Assembly (NCBI GenBank): GCA_040220035.1
Contig: JAVJTX010000012.1
Coordinates: 2,078-66,077 of the forward strand
Origin: Roseovarius sp.
GTDB lineage: Bacteria; Pseudomonadota; Alphaproteobacteria; Rhodobacterales; Rhodobacteraceae
Direction: 5' to 3'
DNA length: 64,000 nucleotides
Each line of letters starts with the position of its first letter. Position 1 is the stretch's first letter. A model generated the notes under the pieces. It made no database searches. It had not been told where the DNA came from and saw only the letters and a program-made list of their open reading frames with translations. Positions 8,728-18,950 of the stretch are shown in pieces. The position numbers and the translations under genes are program-made.

Positions 8728-10926
8728 GTGGCCGAAGCGCCGGGATTCTTTGCCGAAGGCGAGCTTGTGGGCGTGCTGACGACCCAGCCGCTCGACCGGC
8801 TGCTCGACTACAAGGCGCCCGAAGGCGGCTGTCAGCCGGGTGCCTTCGTCGAGGTGCCGCTGGGCCCGCGCAAGGTGCTGGGGGTGGTCTGGGGGCCGGG
8901 AAAGGGCGATTTTGACGCGTCCAAGATCCGTTCGGTGATCCGCGTGCTCGACGTGGCCCCGATGCGCGAGGAGTTGCAGGCCTTCCTCGAACGCGCCGGC
9001 GATTACACACTCACCTCCATGCCCGCGATGCTGCGGCTGGCCACGCGCGCGCCGGGGCTGGGCGATCCGCCGTCGATGCGCAAGGTCTACCGGCTTGGCG
9101 ACGCCGAGCCCGACCGGATGACCGATGCCCGCCGCCGGGTGCTCGAGGTGCTGCGCGACTATGGCGGGTTGTCCTTCACGCTGAAGGAACTGGCCGAACA
9201 GGCCGGCGTCACCTCCTCGGTGGTCAAGGGGCTGGTGAAACACGGCGCCGTGCACGAGGAGGACACGCCGCGCGATGTGCCCTTCCCGACGCTGCAGCCC
9301 GATATCGCCGGGGTCGACCTGACCGGCGAACAGGCCGAGGCGGTGGAGGTTCTGCGCGATGGTGTCCGCTCCGGCAGCTACGGCACGACCCTGCTGCGGG
9401 GGGTCACAGGATCCGGCAAGACCGAGGTTTATCTCGAAGCGGTGGCCGAAACGCTGCGTCAAAGACGGCAGGCGCTGGTCCTGTTGCCGGAAATCGCGCT
9501 CACCACCGAATTCCTCACCCGGATCGAGGCCCGCTTCGGCGCCCGCCCCGCCGAATGGCATTCCGGCGCCACGATGACCGAGCGCCGCCGCATCTGGAAG
9601 ATGGTCGGGCAGGGCGGCGCGCAGGTGGTGGTGGGCGCCCGCTCGGCCCTCTTCCTTCCGTTCCGTGACCTTGGCCTGATCGTCGTCGATGAGGAACATG
9701 ACACCTCCTACAAGCAGGAGGATGGCGTGCTCTACAACGCCCGCGACATGGCCGTGCTTCGCGCCAGCCTGTGTGGCGCGCAGGTGGTGTTGGCCTCGGC
9801 CACGCCCAGCCTCGAAAGCTGGGCCAATGCCGAGGCGGGCAAGTACCGCCGGCTCGACCTGACCGCCCGGTTCGGAGCGGCGGTGATGCCCCAGATGCGC
9901 GCCATCGACATGCGGGCGGAGACCCTGCCGTCACAGCGCTGGGTCTCGCCAACGCTGCAAAAGGCGGTCGAGGCGCGGTTGGCGAAAGGCGAACAGGCGA
10001 TGCTGTTTCTCAATCGCCGTGGCTATGCGCCGGTGACGATCTGCCGGGCCTGCGGGCATCAGGTGGGCTGTGATCATTGCGATGCCCGGATGGTCGAGCA
10101 CCGGTTCCTCAAGCGGTTGATGTGCCACCAATGCGGTGAAACCAAGCCGTTGCCACAGGTCTGTCCCGGCTGCGGGGCCGAGGACCGGATGGCCGCCGTC
10201 GGCCCCGGTGTGGAGCGCATGTCGGAGGAGGCCGCGGCGCTGTTCCCCGATGCCCGCATCGCCACGCTCTCCTCCGACCTCTTCGGATCGGCCCGCGCGT
10301 TGAAGCAACTGATCGCCGAGATCGCCGAGGGCGCCGCAGATATCATCATCGGCACGCAACTCGTGGCCAAGGGGCACAACTTCCCCAACCTGACGCTGGT
10401 CGGCGTGATCGACGCCGATCTCGGGCTTCAGGGCTCCGACCTGCGCGCCGCCGAACGGACCTTTCAGCTGATGCGCCAGGTGGCGGGCCGCGCTGGGCGC
10501 ACCGAGAAACCCGGCACCGCATTGCTCCAGACCTTTCAGCCGGAACATCCGGTCATCCGCGCCATTCTCTCGGGCGACGAGGAAGGGTTCTGGGCCGCCG
10601 AAGCCGACGAGCGGCGGCAGGCCGGCGTGCCCCCCTATGGCCGGATGGCGGGCATCGTGCTGTCGTCGACCGACATGCAGGAAGCCTTCGACATCGGCAC
10701 CCACCTGGCCCGCAACGATGCGCCCTTGCGGGCTGTCGGAGCACAGGTTTTCGGCCCGGCCCCGGCACCCATCGCCCGCGTTCGCGGGCGGCACCGGGTC
10801 AGGCTTCTGGTCAAGGCGTCCAAGGGCGTGGCCTTGCAAGGGCCGGTCGCGCAATGGGTGGGGCAGGTGCGCGGCTCGAACCAGTTCCGCCTGAGTGTCG
10901 ATATAGACCCGCAGAGCTTTTATTGA
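8728..10926 (+). CDS. priA: Primosomal protein N' (replication restart helicase)
   Basis: GVTGSGKTEVY, DEEHD, four CxxC pairs, QVAGRAGR. Confidence 0.96.
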   Translation: MAEAPGFFAEGELVGVLTTQPLDRLLDYKAPEGGCQPGAFVEVPLGPRKVLGVVWGPGKGDFDASKIRSVIRVLDVAPMREELQAFLERAGDYTLTSMPAMLRLATRAPGLGDPPSMRKVYRLGDAEPDRMTDARRRVLEVLRDYGGLSFTLKELAEQAGVTSSVVKGLVKHGAVHEEDTPRDVPFPTLQPDIAGVDLTGEQAEAVEVLRDGVRSGSYGTTLLRGVTGSGKTEVYLEAVAETLRQRRQALVLLPEIALTTEFLTRIEARFGARPAEWHSGATMTERRRIWKMVGQGGAQVVVGARSALFLPFRDLGLIVVDEEHDTSYKQEDGVLYNARDMAVLRASLCGAQVVLASATPSLESWANAEAGKYRRLDLTARFGAAVMPQMRAIDMRAETLPSQRWVSPTLQKAVEARLAKGEQAMLFLNRRGYAPVTICRACGHQVGCDHCDARMVEHRFLKRLMCHQCGETKPLPQVCPGCGAEDRMAAVGPGVERMSEEAAALFPDARIATLSSDLFGSARALKQLIAEIAEGAADIIIGTQLVAKGHNFPNLTLVGVIDADLGLQGSDLRAAERTFQLMRQVAGRAGRTEKPGTALLQTFQPEHPVIRAILSGDEEGFWAAEADERRQAGVPPYGRMAGIVLSSTDMQEAFDIGTHLARNDAPLRAVGAQVFGPAPAPIARVRGRHRVRLLVKASKGVALQGPVAQWVGQVRGSNQFRLSVDIDPQSFY

Positions 10927-10972
10927 TCCTCCCCCGGTTGACCGTGCGGCGACGGTTCCGTCCAATGTCGCC

Positions 10973-12103
10973 ATGGAGGATGTCATCGTCATAGGCGCAG
11001 GGCCTGCGGGTCTGGCGCTGGGCGCCTGTCTCAAGGGGGAAGGGCTCCCGCAACTGATTCTGGAGCGCGAAGAGACCGTCGGCAGCGCCTGGCATCGGCA
11101 TTACCGCCGGCTGGCGCTGCATACCGACAAGGCGCGATCCTCGTTGCCCGGCCTGCCGTTTCCGGAAGAGGCGCCGCGCTATGTGCCGCGGGCGCAGGTG
11201 GTCGCCTATCTCGAACGCTATGCCGAGGCTTTCGATCTGCAGCCCCGCTTCGGCGTCGAGGTGGCGAAAGCGGAACCGATCGAAGGCGGCTGGCGCGTCA
11301 CGCTGACCTCCGGCGAATCCCTCTCCACCCGCGCACTTGTCTTTGCCACCGGCGTCTCGGAAACACCGCATCTCGCCACATGGCCGGGGCTGGAGAACTT
11401 TCCCGGTCCGGTCATCCACTCCCGTGCTTACCGCGCGCCCGGCGATCTTCCCGGCGAGCGTGTGCTGGTGGTGGGCTTTGGCAATTCCGGTGGCGAACTC
11501 GCGCTCGACCTGTCCGAGGCCGGTCGCAAGGTCGACCTCGCCGTGCGCAGCCCCGTCAACCTTCTGCCGAAGGAACTGTTCGGCCGGCCCATCGGCAACT
11601 GGGAGGTGCTGCAACGCATTTTTCCATACCGCGTCGCCGACGCCATAACCGCCCCGATCCTGCGCTGGAAGATGGGGGATTATTCACGATACGGCCTGCG
11701 CAAATCCGACAAGGGCCCAATCGCACAGGTGCGTGAGGACGGGCGCATTCCGTTGATCGACATCGGTACGCTCGACCTGATCCGCCGAGGGCGGATCAGG
11801 GTCCGCCCCGGTCTGTCGCGCATCGAAGGGGCGCTTGTAACCTTCGACGACGACACCAGCGCGCAATACGACGCGATCCTGCTGGCCACCGGCTACGAGG
11901 TCGACCTTCGCCCCATCCTCGGGCCCATGCCCGACGTGCTCGACGAGACGGGCCGCCCCGTCTCCTCGGGCGAGAAACTGGCGCCCGGGCTGTGGTTCTG
12001 TTCCTACCACACCGTGCCCAACGGCCAGCTTCGCGAAATTTCGCGACAGGCCCCTGTAATCGCGCGGGCCGTGGCCGTGCAACTCGACCGTCACGGGGGG
12101 TGA
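10973..12103 (+). CDS. Flavin-containing monooxygenase (class B, YUCCA-like)
   Basis: GAGPAG, FPGPVIHSRAYR (FMO fingerprint), GFGNSG, LATGY. Confidence 0.88.
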   Translation: MEDVIVIGAGPAGLALGACLKGEGLPQLILEREETVGSAWHRHYRRLALHTDKARSSLPGLPFPEEAPRYVPRAQVVAYLERYAEAFDLQPRFGVEVAKAEPIEGGWRVTLTSGESLSTRALVFATGVSETPHLATWPGLENFPGPVIHSRAYRAPGDLPGERVLVVGFGNSGGELALDLSEAGRKVDLAVRSPVNLLPKELFGRPIGNWEVLQRIFPYRVADAITAPILRWKMGDYSRYGLRKSDKGPIAQVREDGRIPLIDIGTLDLIRRGRIRVRPGLSRIEGALVTFDDDTSAQYDAILLATGYEVDLRPILGPMPDVLDETGRPVSSGEKLAPGLWFCSYHTVPNGQLREISRQAPVIARAVAVQLDRHGG

Positions 12104-12167
12104 TGCACAGGGCATTGTGCGCCAATTGCGCTCGCCATTCCGTGCCCTTCGGCGTAAAGCAAAAAAC

Positions 12168-13400
12168 ATGACCCGCACCGTGCCTCTTGCCGACGCCCAA
12201 AGCCTGCCCGTCTGGCGGCGCCCGGTGACGCTTCTGTTCCTAATGGCGGCCGCCATGCCCGTGGCCTTCGCGACATGGTCGGCCCTGCTCAACAACTTCG
12301 TCATCGAGGTGGCGGCGTTCGACGGCAAGGATATCGGATGGCTTCATACCGTGCGGGAAATCCCCGGCTTCCTCGCCATCGGGGTGATTGCCATCATCAT
12401 CTTCATGCGCGAACAGGTGCTGGGGCTGGTATCCCTGCTGCTTCTGGGCGTGGCGACGGCGGTGACGGCGTGGTTCCCCAGCCTTGGCGGCATCCTCACC
12501 ATCACCATGCTCAGCTCGATCGGATTTCACTATTACGAGACGGTCAACCAGTCACTGCAACTGCAATGGCTCGACAAGCTGCGCGCGCCCAAGATGCTTG
12601 GCTGGCTTCTCGCGGCGGGATCTGCGGCGACGCTGGTGGCCTATGGTCTGATCGTTGCCTTGTGGGAGACGCTGGGCCTGACCTACAACATCGTCTACCT
12701 GCTGGCGGGCGGCGTCACCGCGGCCATCGCGATTTTCTGCATGTACGCCTATCCGCAGTTCGAGGCGCCAAATCCGCAGGTCAAAAAGATGATCCTGCGG
12801 CGCCGCTACTGGCTCTATTACCTGCTGCAGTTCATGGCCGGTGCACGGCGGCAGATCTTCGTGGTCTTCGCCGGGTTCATGATGGTCGAGAAGTTCGGAT
12901 TCGAGGTGCACGAGGTCACGGCACTGTTCCTGATCAACCTTGTCGCCAACATCATCGTCGCCCCGCTGATGGGGCGGGCGGTCTTCCAGTACGGCGAGCG
13001 GGCCACGCTGATTTTCGAATATGCCGGGCTGGTGATCGTCTTCCTGGCCTATGGCGGGATCTATTACTTCGGTTGGGGCGTGCTGCTGGCGGCCACGCTC
13101 TATGTGATCGACCACATGCTGTTCGCGCTGGCGCTGGCGCTCAAGACCTACTTCCAGAAGATCGCCGATCCGGGCGATATCGCGCCCACCGCCGCCGTCG
13201 CCTTTACCATCAACCACATCGCGGCGGTTTTCCTGCCGGCGCTGCTGGGCTATCTGTGGCTCGTCTCGCCCGGGGCGGTGTTCGTGCTGGCGGCCGGGAT
13301 GGCGGGCACTTCGCTGCTGCTGGCCATGCTGATCCCCCGCCACCCCGAACCGGGGCACGAGACGATCCTGTCGGGCGCGGCTCCCGCGCCGGCCGAGTGA
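12168..13400 (+). CDS. MFS transporter
   Basis: About 12 hydrophobic segments; REIPGFLA and FTINHIAAV conserved segments. Confidence 0.85.
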   Translation: MTRTVPLADAQSLPVWRRPVTLLFLMAAAMPVAFATWSALLNNFVIEVAAFDGKDIGWLHTVREIPGFLAIGVIAIIIFMREQVLGLVSLLLLGVATAVTAWFPSLGGILTITMLSSIGFHYYETVNQSLQLQWLDKLRAPKMLGWLLAAGSAATLVAYGLIVALWETLGLTYNIVYLLAGGVTAAIAIFCMYAYPQFEAPNPQVKKMILRRRYWLYYLLQFMAGARRQIFVVFAGFMMVEKFGFEVHEVTALFLINLVANIIVAPLMGRAVFQYGERATLIFEYAGLVIVFLAYGGIYYFGWGVLLAATLYVIDHMLFALALALKTYFQKIADPGDIAPTAAVAFTINHIAAVFLPALLGYLWLVSPGAVFVLAAGMAGTSLLLAMLIPRHPEPGHETILSGAAPAPAE

Positions 13401-13422
13401 CGCACGACAAAGACGAGGTCCC

Positions 13423-14298
13423 ATGCCCACCTACACCGCTCTGACCACTCTGCCCGGCAAGGCTCCCGCCGAGGCCCTTGGCGAGGATCTCGACCGCCTG
13501 ACGCCTGAACCCACGGGCATCGGCACCTTCGAGATCGAAGACGGCTCCGGCCTGTGGGAAGTGGGCGCCTATTTCGACGAACAGCCCGACGAGGCCGGGC
13601 TCGCCGTGCTGGCTGCGATGCACGGGGCCAAGCCCTTCGTCATTTCCGAGCTGCCCGAGGTCGACTGGGTCGCCAAGGTCCGACGAGAGCTTGTGCCGGT
13701 CGAGGCGGGGCGCTTCTTCGTTTATGGCAGCCATGATGCCGACAAAGTGCCGATCGAGAGCGTGCCGCTACTTATCGAGGCGTCGATGGCCTTCGGCACC
13801 GGACACCACGGCACGACACAAGGCTGCCTCCGGGCGCTCGACAAGCTGGCCAACGAAGGTTTCGCAGCCGCCCGGGTGCTCGACCTTGGTTGCGGTACGG
13901 CGGTTCTGGCCATGGGCGCGGCGCATGTCTGGCCCGAGGCGACAATCCTCGCCAGCGATATCGACGAGGTCGCGGTCGAAGTGGCGGAGGCCAACCTCGC
14001 CGCCAACGGGCTGACCGGCCGGGTCGACTGTCTCGAGGCCGAAGGGCTCGACCATCCGGGCATCGCCGGGCTCGTGCCGTTCGACCTGATCTTCGCCAAC
14101 ATCCTCAAGGGCCCGCTCATCTCGCTCGCGCCGTCGATCACCGAAGCACTCTCCCCGGGGGGATTCGTGATTCTGTCCGGCATTCTCAACGAACAGGCCG
14201 ACGAGGTGATTGCGGTCTATTCAGAGGCGGGAAACAGTCTGGTCGACCGTTCCGAGATTGGTGAGTGGACCACGACAGTTTTACGCAAACCTGTCTGA
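13423..14298 (+). CDS. prmA: 50S ribosomal protein L11 methyltransferase
   Basis: MAFGTGHHGTT, VLDLGCGTAVLA, FANIL, ILSGIL. Confidence 0.93.
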   Translation: MPTYTALTTLPGKAPAEALGEDLDRLTPEPTGIGTFEIEDGSGLWEVGAYFDEQPDEAGLAVLAAMHGAKPFVISELPEVDWVAKVRRELVPVEAGRFFVYGSHDADKVPIESVPLLIEASMAFGTGHHGTTQGCLRALDKLANEGFAAARVLDLGCGTAVLAMGAAHVWPEATILASDIDEVAVEVAEANLAANGLTGRVDCLEAEGLDHPGIAGLVPFDLIFANILKGPLISLAPSITEALSPGGFVILSGILNEQADEVIAVYSEAGNSLVDRSEIGEWTTTVLRKPV

Positions 14299-14411
14299 AA
14301 AGCAGTTTAAAAGCGGTCATTTCAAGGCGCCTGCCCAAGTTTCGCCATATTTCACGCCTAAATCTCGCCGCAATGTGGTGGGGGCCACGTTGAAAGAATT
14401 TTGGTGCTGTC

Positions 14412-14753
14412 ATGAGTAAATGGGTCGAGAAATCGCGCGTTCTGCTGGAGGGGGGCAAGGCCTCCCGATCGTGGTTCGACAGGTCCGGGCAATCGGACGC
14501 AGAAGACGGCGTGATCGTTCTCTCCAGTCCCCGTCCCGAGGCCGCGATCACCCTCAAAGGGTTCTCTCTTCTGGTGGTCGGATTCCTGGCCTTCAAGGGG
14601 GCCGTCATCGCCCATCTCGGTCTTGCCGCCTACGCCGATGCCATTCACAAGCTGGAATACGGTTCGTTGCTGGAGCAGGCGGGCGCCTTCATCATGCGCC
14701 CTGATTTCGCGTCGCAGGCCATTGCGGCCCAACTTCTTCAGATCATTCAGTAA
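14412..14753 (+). CDS. Hypothetical membrane-anchored protein
   Basis: 113-aa ORF with one hydrophobic segment (LLVVGFLAFKG); fills the intergenic space. Confidence 0.65.
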   Translation: MSKWVEKSRVLLEGGKASRSWFDRSGQSDAEDGVIVLSSPRPEAAITLKGFSLLVVGFLAFKGAVIAHLGLAAYADAIHKLEYGSLLEQAGAFIMRPDFASQAIAAQLLQIIQ

Positions 14754-14817
14754 GCTTCGACCGATACTTGGTACGCCCCGTTCGGGCACACTCTCTCAAA
14801 GACCTCTCTCAAGAACG

Positions 14818-14854
14818 AAAAAGCCCTGTGCCGATGGTCCCGGCGCAGGGCTTT
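14818..14854 (-). terminator. Rho-independent terminator of the DUF1127 gene
   Basis: Stem AAAGCCCTGTGCCG / CGGCGCAGGGCTTT ending in a T tract on the minus strand; lies between convergent genes. Confidence 0.75.
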
Positions 14855-14896
14855 CGCGTGAGTTGGCGACCCCGCTTACCGGGGGCTGCGATAAAC

Positions 14897-15085
14897 TCAG
14901 AACGAGATGCGGTCGATGTCGCCGCGGACAAGACCGATATCGTCAAGCTCACGATCGCTCAGTTGCGACAGGGCCTTGCGGGTCATGCGGGCATCGTTCC
15001 ATGCGGCAACGGTGCCGAACAGTTTGAACAGGCCGCCGAAAAGGCCGGCATGCGAGGCGGTGCGAGTGGTGTCGAGGACAGCCAT
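14897..15085 (-). CDS. DUF1127 small protein
   Basis: W..AR.TRKALSQLSDRELDDIGL.RGDI signature; ATG at 15085 with an AAGGA RBS. Confidence 0.9.
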   Translation of the reverse strand: MAVLDTTRTASHAGLFGGLFKLFGTVAAWNDARMTRKALSQLSDRELDDIGLVRGDIDRISF

Positions 15086-15178
15086 GGTTATATTCCTTCT
15101 AAACGCGCGGATTGCGGATGTGAGTGATTTATAGAACGCCAGATAATTGGGCGCTCGAACATCAGCAAGCTGGCTTCC

Positions 15179-15195
15179 TGCATAGTCCATATGCA
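15179..15195. promoter_or_regulatory. Putative transcription-factor operator upstream of the DUF1127 gene
   Basis: Perfect inverted repeat TGCATA-gtcca-TATGCA; TTCCTGCA repeated at 15175 and 15197. Confidence 0.45.
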
Positions 15196-15399
15196 TTTCC
15201 TGCAAGGCTCGAGTGGCGGATAAATGCCTGTTAAAAAGACATTTTTATGAAAGATAGCCTGTGAATGCCGCGCCGCGGCATGGAATCGACGCTCGCTGGT
15301 CCGGAAACGCCATCTTGCCGGGCGAAACCGTAATCCGCTTGGCGTATGTTCCCGTTTCGTGCTAAGGGTTCGGGAAACGACAAAAACGGGCAGTGGAAC

Positions 15400-15891
15400 A
15401 TGCGGGTAGTGGGCATCGACCCCGGGTTGCGGAATCTCGGCTGGGGCGTGATCGAGGCGGAGGGCAGCCGCCTGACGCATGTGGCCAACGGGGTGTGCAA
15501 ATCCGAAGGCGCCGATCTGGCCGCGCGGCTTCTGTCGCTCCACCGGCAACTGACCGAAATCCTCACGCGCTTCTCGCCCGGCGCGGCCGCCGTCGAACAG
15601 ACTTTCGTCAACAAGGACGGGGCAGGGACACTCAAACTGGGTCAGGCCCGCGGCATCGCCATGCTGGTGCCCGCGCAGTTCGGGCTTGCAGTGGGCGAAT
15701 ACGCCCCTAACACGGTCAAGAAGACGGTTGTCGGCGTGGGCCACGCCGACAAGGCTCAGATCGCCCATATGGTCAGGGTGCAATTGCCGGGGGCCGAGAT
15801 CGCCGGGCCAGATGCCGCCGACGCGCTGGCCATTGCCATCTGCCACGCCCACCACGTGCGGATGCCGGCGATGCGGAAGGTTGGCACATGA
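15400..15891 (+). CDS. ruvC: Holliday junction resolvase RuvC
   Basis: [37 protein letters not shown]. Confidence 0.96.
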   Translation: MRVVGIDPGLRNLGWGVIEAEGSRLTHVANGVCKSEGADLAARLLSLHRQLTEILTRFSPGAAAVEQTFVNKDGAGTLKLGQARGIAMLVPAQFGLAVGEYAPNTVKKTVVGVGHADKAQIAHMVRVQLPGAEIAGPDAADALAIAICHAHHVRMPAMRKVGT

Positions 15892-16556
15892 TCGGGCGCC
15901 TTGCCGGCCGGATCGACTATCGCGCCGCCGATCACGTGCTGATCGACGTGCGCGGCGTGGGCTACCTGGTCTTTTGCTCGGAGCGGACGTTGCGCGCCCT
16001 GCCGGGAACGGGCGAGCACGCGGCGCTCTATACCGACCTGCTGGTGCGCGAGGACCTGTTGCAACTCTTCGGTTTCACCACCCTGGCCGAGAAGGAGTGG
16101 CACCGCCTGCTGATGAGCGTGCAGGGCGTGGGCGCCAAGGCGTCGCTTGCCATCCTCGGCACGCTGGGGCCGGACGGCGTGGGCCGTGCGATTGCGCTCG
16201 GCGACTGGAACGCGGTCAAGGCCGCCAAGGGGATCGGGCCCAAGACGGCGCAGCGGGTGGTCAACGAACTGAAGGACAAGGCGCCGGAGGTGATGGCGAT
16301 GGCGGCGGTTTCGTCACAGACCGCGCCGACGCCGGAGGCCGATGGTGACGTGATCGAACCTTCGCCATCCGCCGCACCCGTTGCTGCCCCGTCCGGCCCC
16401 GGCACTCAGGCCGAGGCTTTGTCCGCGCTCACCAACCTGGGCTATGCCCCGGGCGAGGCCGCCGGCGCCGTGGCGCAGGCGGCGGGAGACGCGCCCGAGG
16501 CCGAAACGACAGAGCTGATCCGCCTGTCGCTCCGTCTGCTGGCGCCGAAAGGGTAG
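15888..16556 (+). CDS. ruvA: Holliday junction branch migration protein RuvA
   Basis: [17 protein letters not shown], two HhH motifs, ALSAL.NLGY. Confidence 0.96.
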   Translation: MIGRLAGRIDYRAADHVLIDVRGVGYLVFCSERTLRALPGTGEHAALYTDLLVREDLLQLFGFTTLAEKEWHRLLMSVQGVGAKASLAILGTLGPDGVGRAIALGDWNAVKAAKGIGPKTAQRVVNELKDKAPEVMAMAAVSSQTAPTPEADGDVIEPSPSAAPVAAPSGPGTQAEALSALTNLGYAPGEAAGAVAQAAGDAPEAETTELIRLSLRLLAPKG

Positions 16557-16610
16557 GGACATGGCACCGCTCACCGGACTTTACAGCCCGTTTCGCAGCA
16601 AGGCCCTCAG

Positions 16611-17639
16611 ATGACCGGCCCCGACCCGACCTTGCGGCCCGAGCCGATGCCCGAAGATGCCGATCGCAGCCTGCGTCCGCAGGCGTTGCAGGAGTTCATC
16701 GGCCAGCAAGAGGCCAAGGCCAATCTGCGCGTCTTCATCCAGTCGGCTCGCCAGCGCGGCGAGGCGATGGATCACACGCTGTTTCATGGCCCGCCCGGCC
16801 TTGGCAAGACGACGCTGGCCCAGATCATGGCCAAGGAGCTTGGAGTGGGCTTCCGCATGACCTCGGGCCCGGTGCTGGCCAAGGCGGGCGACTTGGCGGC
16901 GATCCTGACCAATCTCGAAGCCAATGACGTGCTCTTCATCGACGAGATTCACCGGCTCAACCCGGCGGTGGAGGAGGTGCTCTACCCGGCGATGGAGGAT
17001 TTCGAGCTTGACCTCGTGATCGGCGAAGGGCCGGCCGCGCGCACTGTGCGGATCGAGTTGCAGCCCTTCACGCTGGTCGGTGCGACCACGCGACTGGGTC
17101 TTTTGACCACGCCGCTGCGCGACCGTTTCGGCATCCCGACGCGGCTGCAATTCTATACCGAGGACGAGCTGCACGAGATCGTCACGCGCAATGCCGATCT
17201 TCTGAGCGTTCCCGCTGCGGCGGAAGGCGCGCGGGAGATCGCCCGCCGCTCGCGGGGCACGCCGCGGATCGCCGGGCGCCTCTTGCGCCGGGTGGTGGAT
17301 TTCGCCGTGGTCGAGGGCGACGGGCATATCACCAAGTCGCTGGCCGACGGGGCGCTGACACGGCTGGGGGTCGATCACCTCGGGCTTGACGGGGCCGACC
17401 GCCGTTACCTGACGTTGATCGCCGAGGCTTATCAAGGCGGGCCTGTGGGGATCGAAACCCTGAGCGCCGCTCTGTCGGAAAGCCGCGACGCGCTCGAGGA
17501 GGTGATCGAGCCCTTCCTGCTGCAGCAGGGCCTGATCCAGCGCACGCCGCGGGGGAGGATGCTGGCACAGCGGGGCTGGCGGCATCTCGGGCTCGAGGCG
17601 CCGGGGCCGAAGGGGCAGAACGATCTGTTCAGGAAGTGA
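16611..17639 (+). CDS. ruvB: Holliday junction branch migration helicase RuvB
   Basis: [38 protein letters not shown]. Confidence 0.97.
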   Translation: MTGPDPTLRPEPMPEDADRSLRPQALQEFIGQQEAKANLRVFIQSARQRGEAMDHTLFHGPPGLGKTTLAQIMAKELGVGFRMTSGPVLAKAGDLAAILTNLEANDVLFIDEIHRLNPAVEEVLYPAMEDFELDLVIGEGPAARTVRIELQPFTLVGATTRLGLLTTPLRDRFGIPTRLQFYTEDELHEIVTRNADLLSVPAAAEGAREIARRSRGTPRIAGRLLRRVVDFAVVEGDGHITKSLADGALTRLGVDHLGLDGADRRYLTLIAEAYQGGPVGIETLSAALSESRDALEEVIEPFLLQQGLIQRTPRGRMLAQRGWRHLGLEAPGPKGQNDLFRK

Positions 17640-17658
17640 TATCGCCCGTGCCGGGCGA

Positions 17659-17694
17659 TGCCTTCGGCGAGGATATTTGGAGCCAGAAGAAGCC
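17659..17694 (+). repeat. REP-like dispersed intergenic repeat, copy 1
   Basis: TGCCTTCGGCGAGGATATTTggagccAGAAGAAGCC; shares its core with the copies at 49747, 58892 and 58972. Confidence 0.7.
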
Positions 17695-17737
17695 GGGCGG
17701 GATTGCACAGGCGGGCGTCGCTGCGGTAGTCGGGGCC

Positions 17738-18379
17738 ATGGCAGAGATGATGACCCCACAAGAGATCGAGGCGCTGTTCACCCGCGCCGATGGCAGCTAC
17801 CTCTTCGCCCGCTGGGGCCGGCCGATCGTGCCGGTCGTGTTCGGCGTCGATGACAGGACGCTTGGCATCGTGAAGGGCGCCATCGAGGCGGTGGTCGGCT
17901 TGGCAGGGCACCAGATGGCCGAGACCGACCCGGAACTGGGCGTGAACTGCATGTTCTTCTTCTTCCGCGACTGGGATGAATTGCTGGAGGTGCCCGATCT
18001 CGACCGGTTGATCGAGGGGTTGGGGCCGCTGGTGGCGAAGCTGAAGGAGGCGGACGCCAACCAGTATCGGGTTTTCCGGTTCGACGAGCAGGGCGCGATC
18101 AAGGCCGCGTTCGTCTTCCTGCGGATGGAGTCGGAGCTGAGCAGGATCCCTGCCGAAACGCTGGCGTTGGGGCAGGTTGTGCAGACCATCCTGCTCTGGT
18201 CGGACACGGCCTTTACCGAGACCTCGCCATTGGCGCGGGTGCCCGAAGGCGACCGGGTGATCCTGCGGCCCGACATCGCCGGGGTGGTCCGGGCCGGCTA
18301 TGACCCGGTGATGCCGGCGGTGGCGCAGGATCCGAGCCATGCGATGCGGTTGGCGGCAAGGCTCGGGCGGGAGCCGTAA
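17738..18379 (+). CDS. Conserved hypothetical protein
   Basis: 213-aa ORF (LFTR.DG.YLFARWGRPIVPVVFG) with typical codon usage; no motif recognised. Confidence 0.75.
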   Translation: MAEMMTPQEIEALFTRADGSYLFARWGRPIVPVVFGVDDRTLGIVKGAIEAVVGLAGHQMAETDPELGVNCMFFFFRDWDELLEVPDLDRLIEGLGPLVAKLKEADANQYRVFRFDEQGAIKAAFVFLRMESELSRIPAETLALGQVVQTILLWSDTAFTETSPLARVPEGDRVILRPDIAGVVRAGYDPVMPAVAQDPSHAMRLAARLGREP

Positions 18380-18389
18380 CGGAGCCGCG

Positions 18390-18950
18390 ATGCGCAGCTT
18401 TCTCGCCATTCCCGTCCCCGAAGAGCAGGCCGAGCCGCTGCTCGACGTGCAGCATGCGCTGGAAGTGGGCCGACCCGTGCCGCCAGAGAACTGGCATGTC
18501 ACGCTGGCCTTTCTCGGCAACCAACCTGAGGAGGTGCTGGAGCGCCTTCACGAGCGGCTGGCAGAACTCGAGGCGCCGGCGTTCGATATGCGGGTGGCCG
18601 GGGTGGACATCATCGGCGGGCGGAAGCCCAGCCTGCTCTACGCCGGGGTCGACAAGTCGGACGCCCTCGGCCACCTGCGCAAGAAGGTCCGGCAGTTGGT
18701 GCGAGCCGGCGATATCGACCTGTCCCGCGAACGCTTTCGCCCGCATGTCACGCTGGCCCGTTTCCGCAAGCGGCTCACCGAGCTGGAAACCCAGCGCATC
18801 GCCGGCGTGCTGGAGGCCTGGGGCGATGTGGAGGCCGGCGTGCTTCCGGTGGATCATTTCACGCTCTACCGCTCGCTTTCGAGTCCGGACGGCATGATTT
18901 ACGAACCGCTGGCCGACTATCCGCTCGGCCAGCGGCAGGACGGGGTTTAA
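18390..18950 (+). CDS. thpR: RNA 2',3'-cyclic phosphodiesterase (2H phosphoesterase)
   Basis: MRSFLAI start; two HxT motifs (WHVTLAFLG, FRPHVTLAR). Confidence 0.9.
   Translation: MRSFLAIPVPEEQAEPLLDVQHALEVGRPVPPENWHVTLAFLGNQPEEVLERLHERLAELEAPAFDMRVAGVDIIGGRKPSLLYAGVDKSDALGHLRKKVRQLVRAGDIDLSRERFRPHVTLARFRKRLTELETQRIAGVLEAWGDVEAGVLPVDHFTLYRSLSSPDGMIYEPLADYPLGQRQDGV

Noticed and set aside
14760-14896. Possible CcsR/cuckoo sRNA repeats downstream of the DUF1127 gene
   Set aside because: No repeated CCTCCTCCC hairpin loops on the minus strand; only a small hairpin and a terminator.
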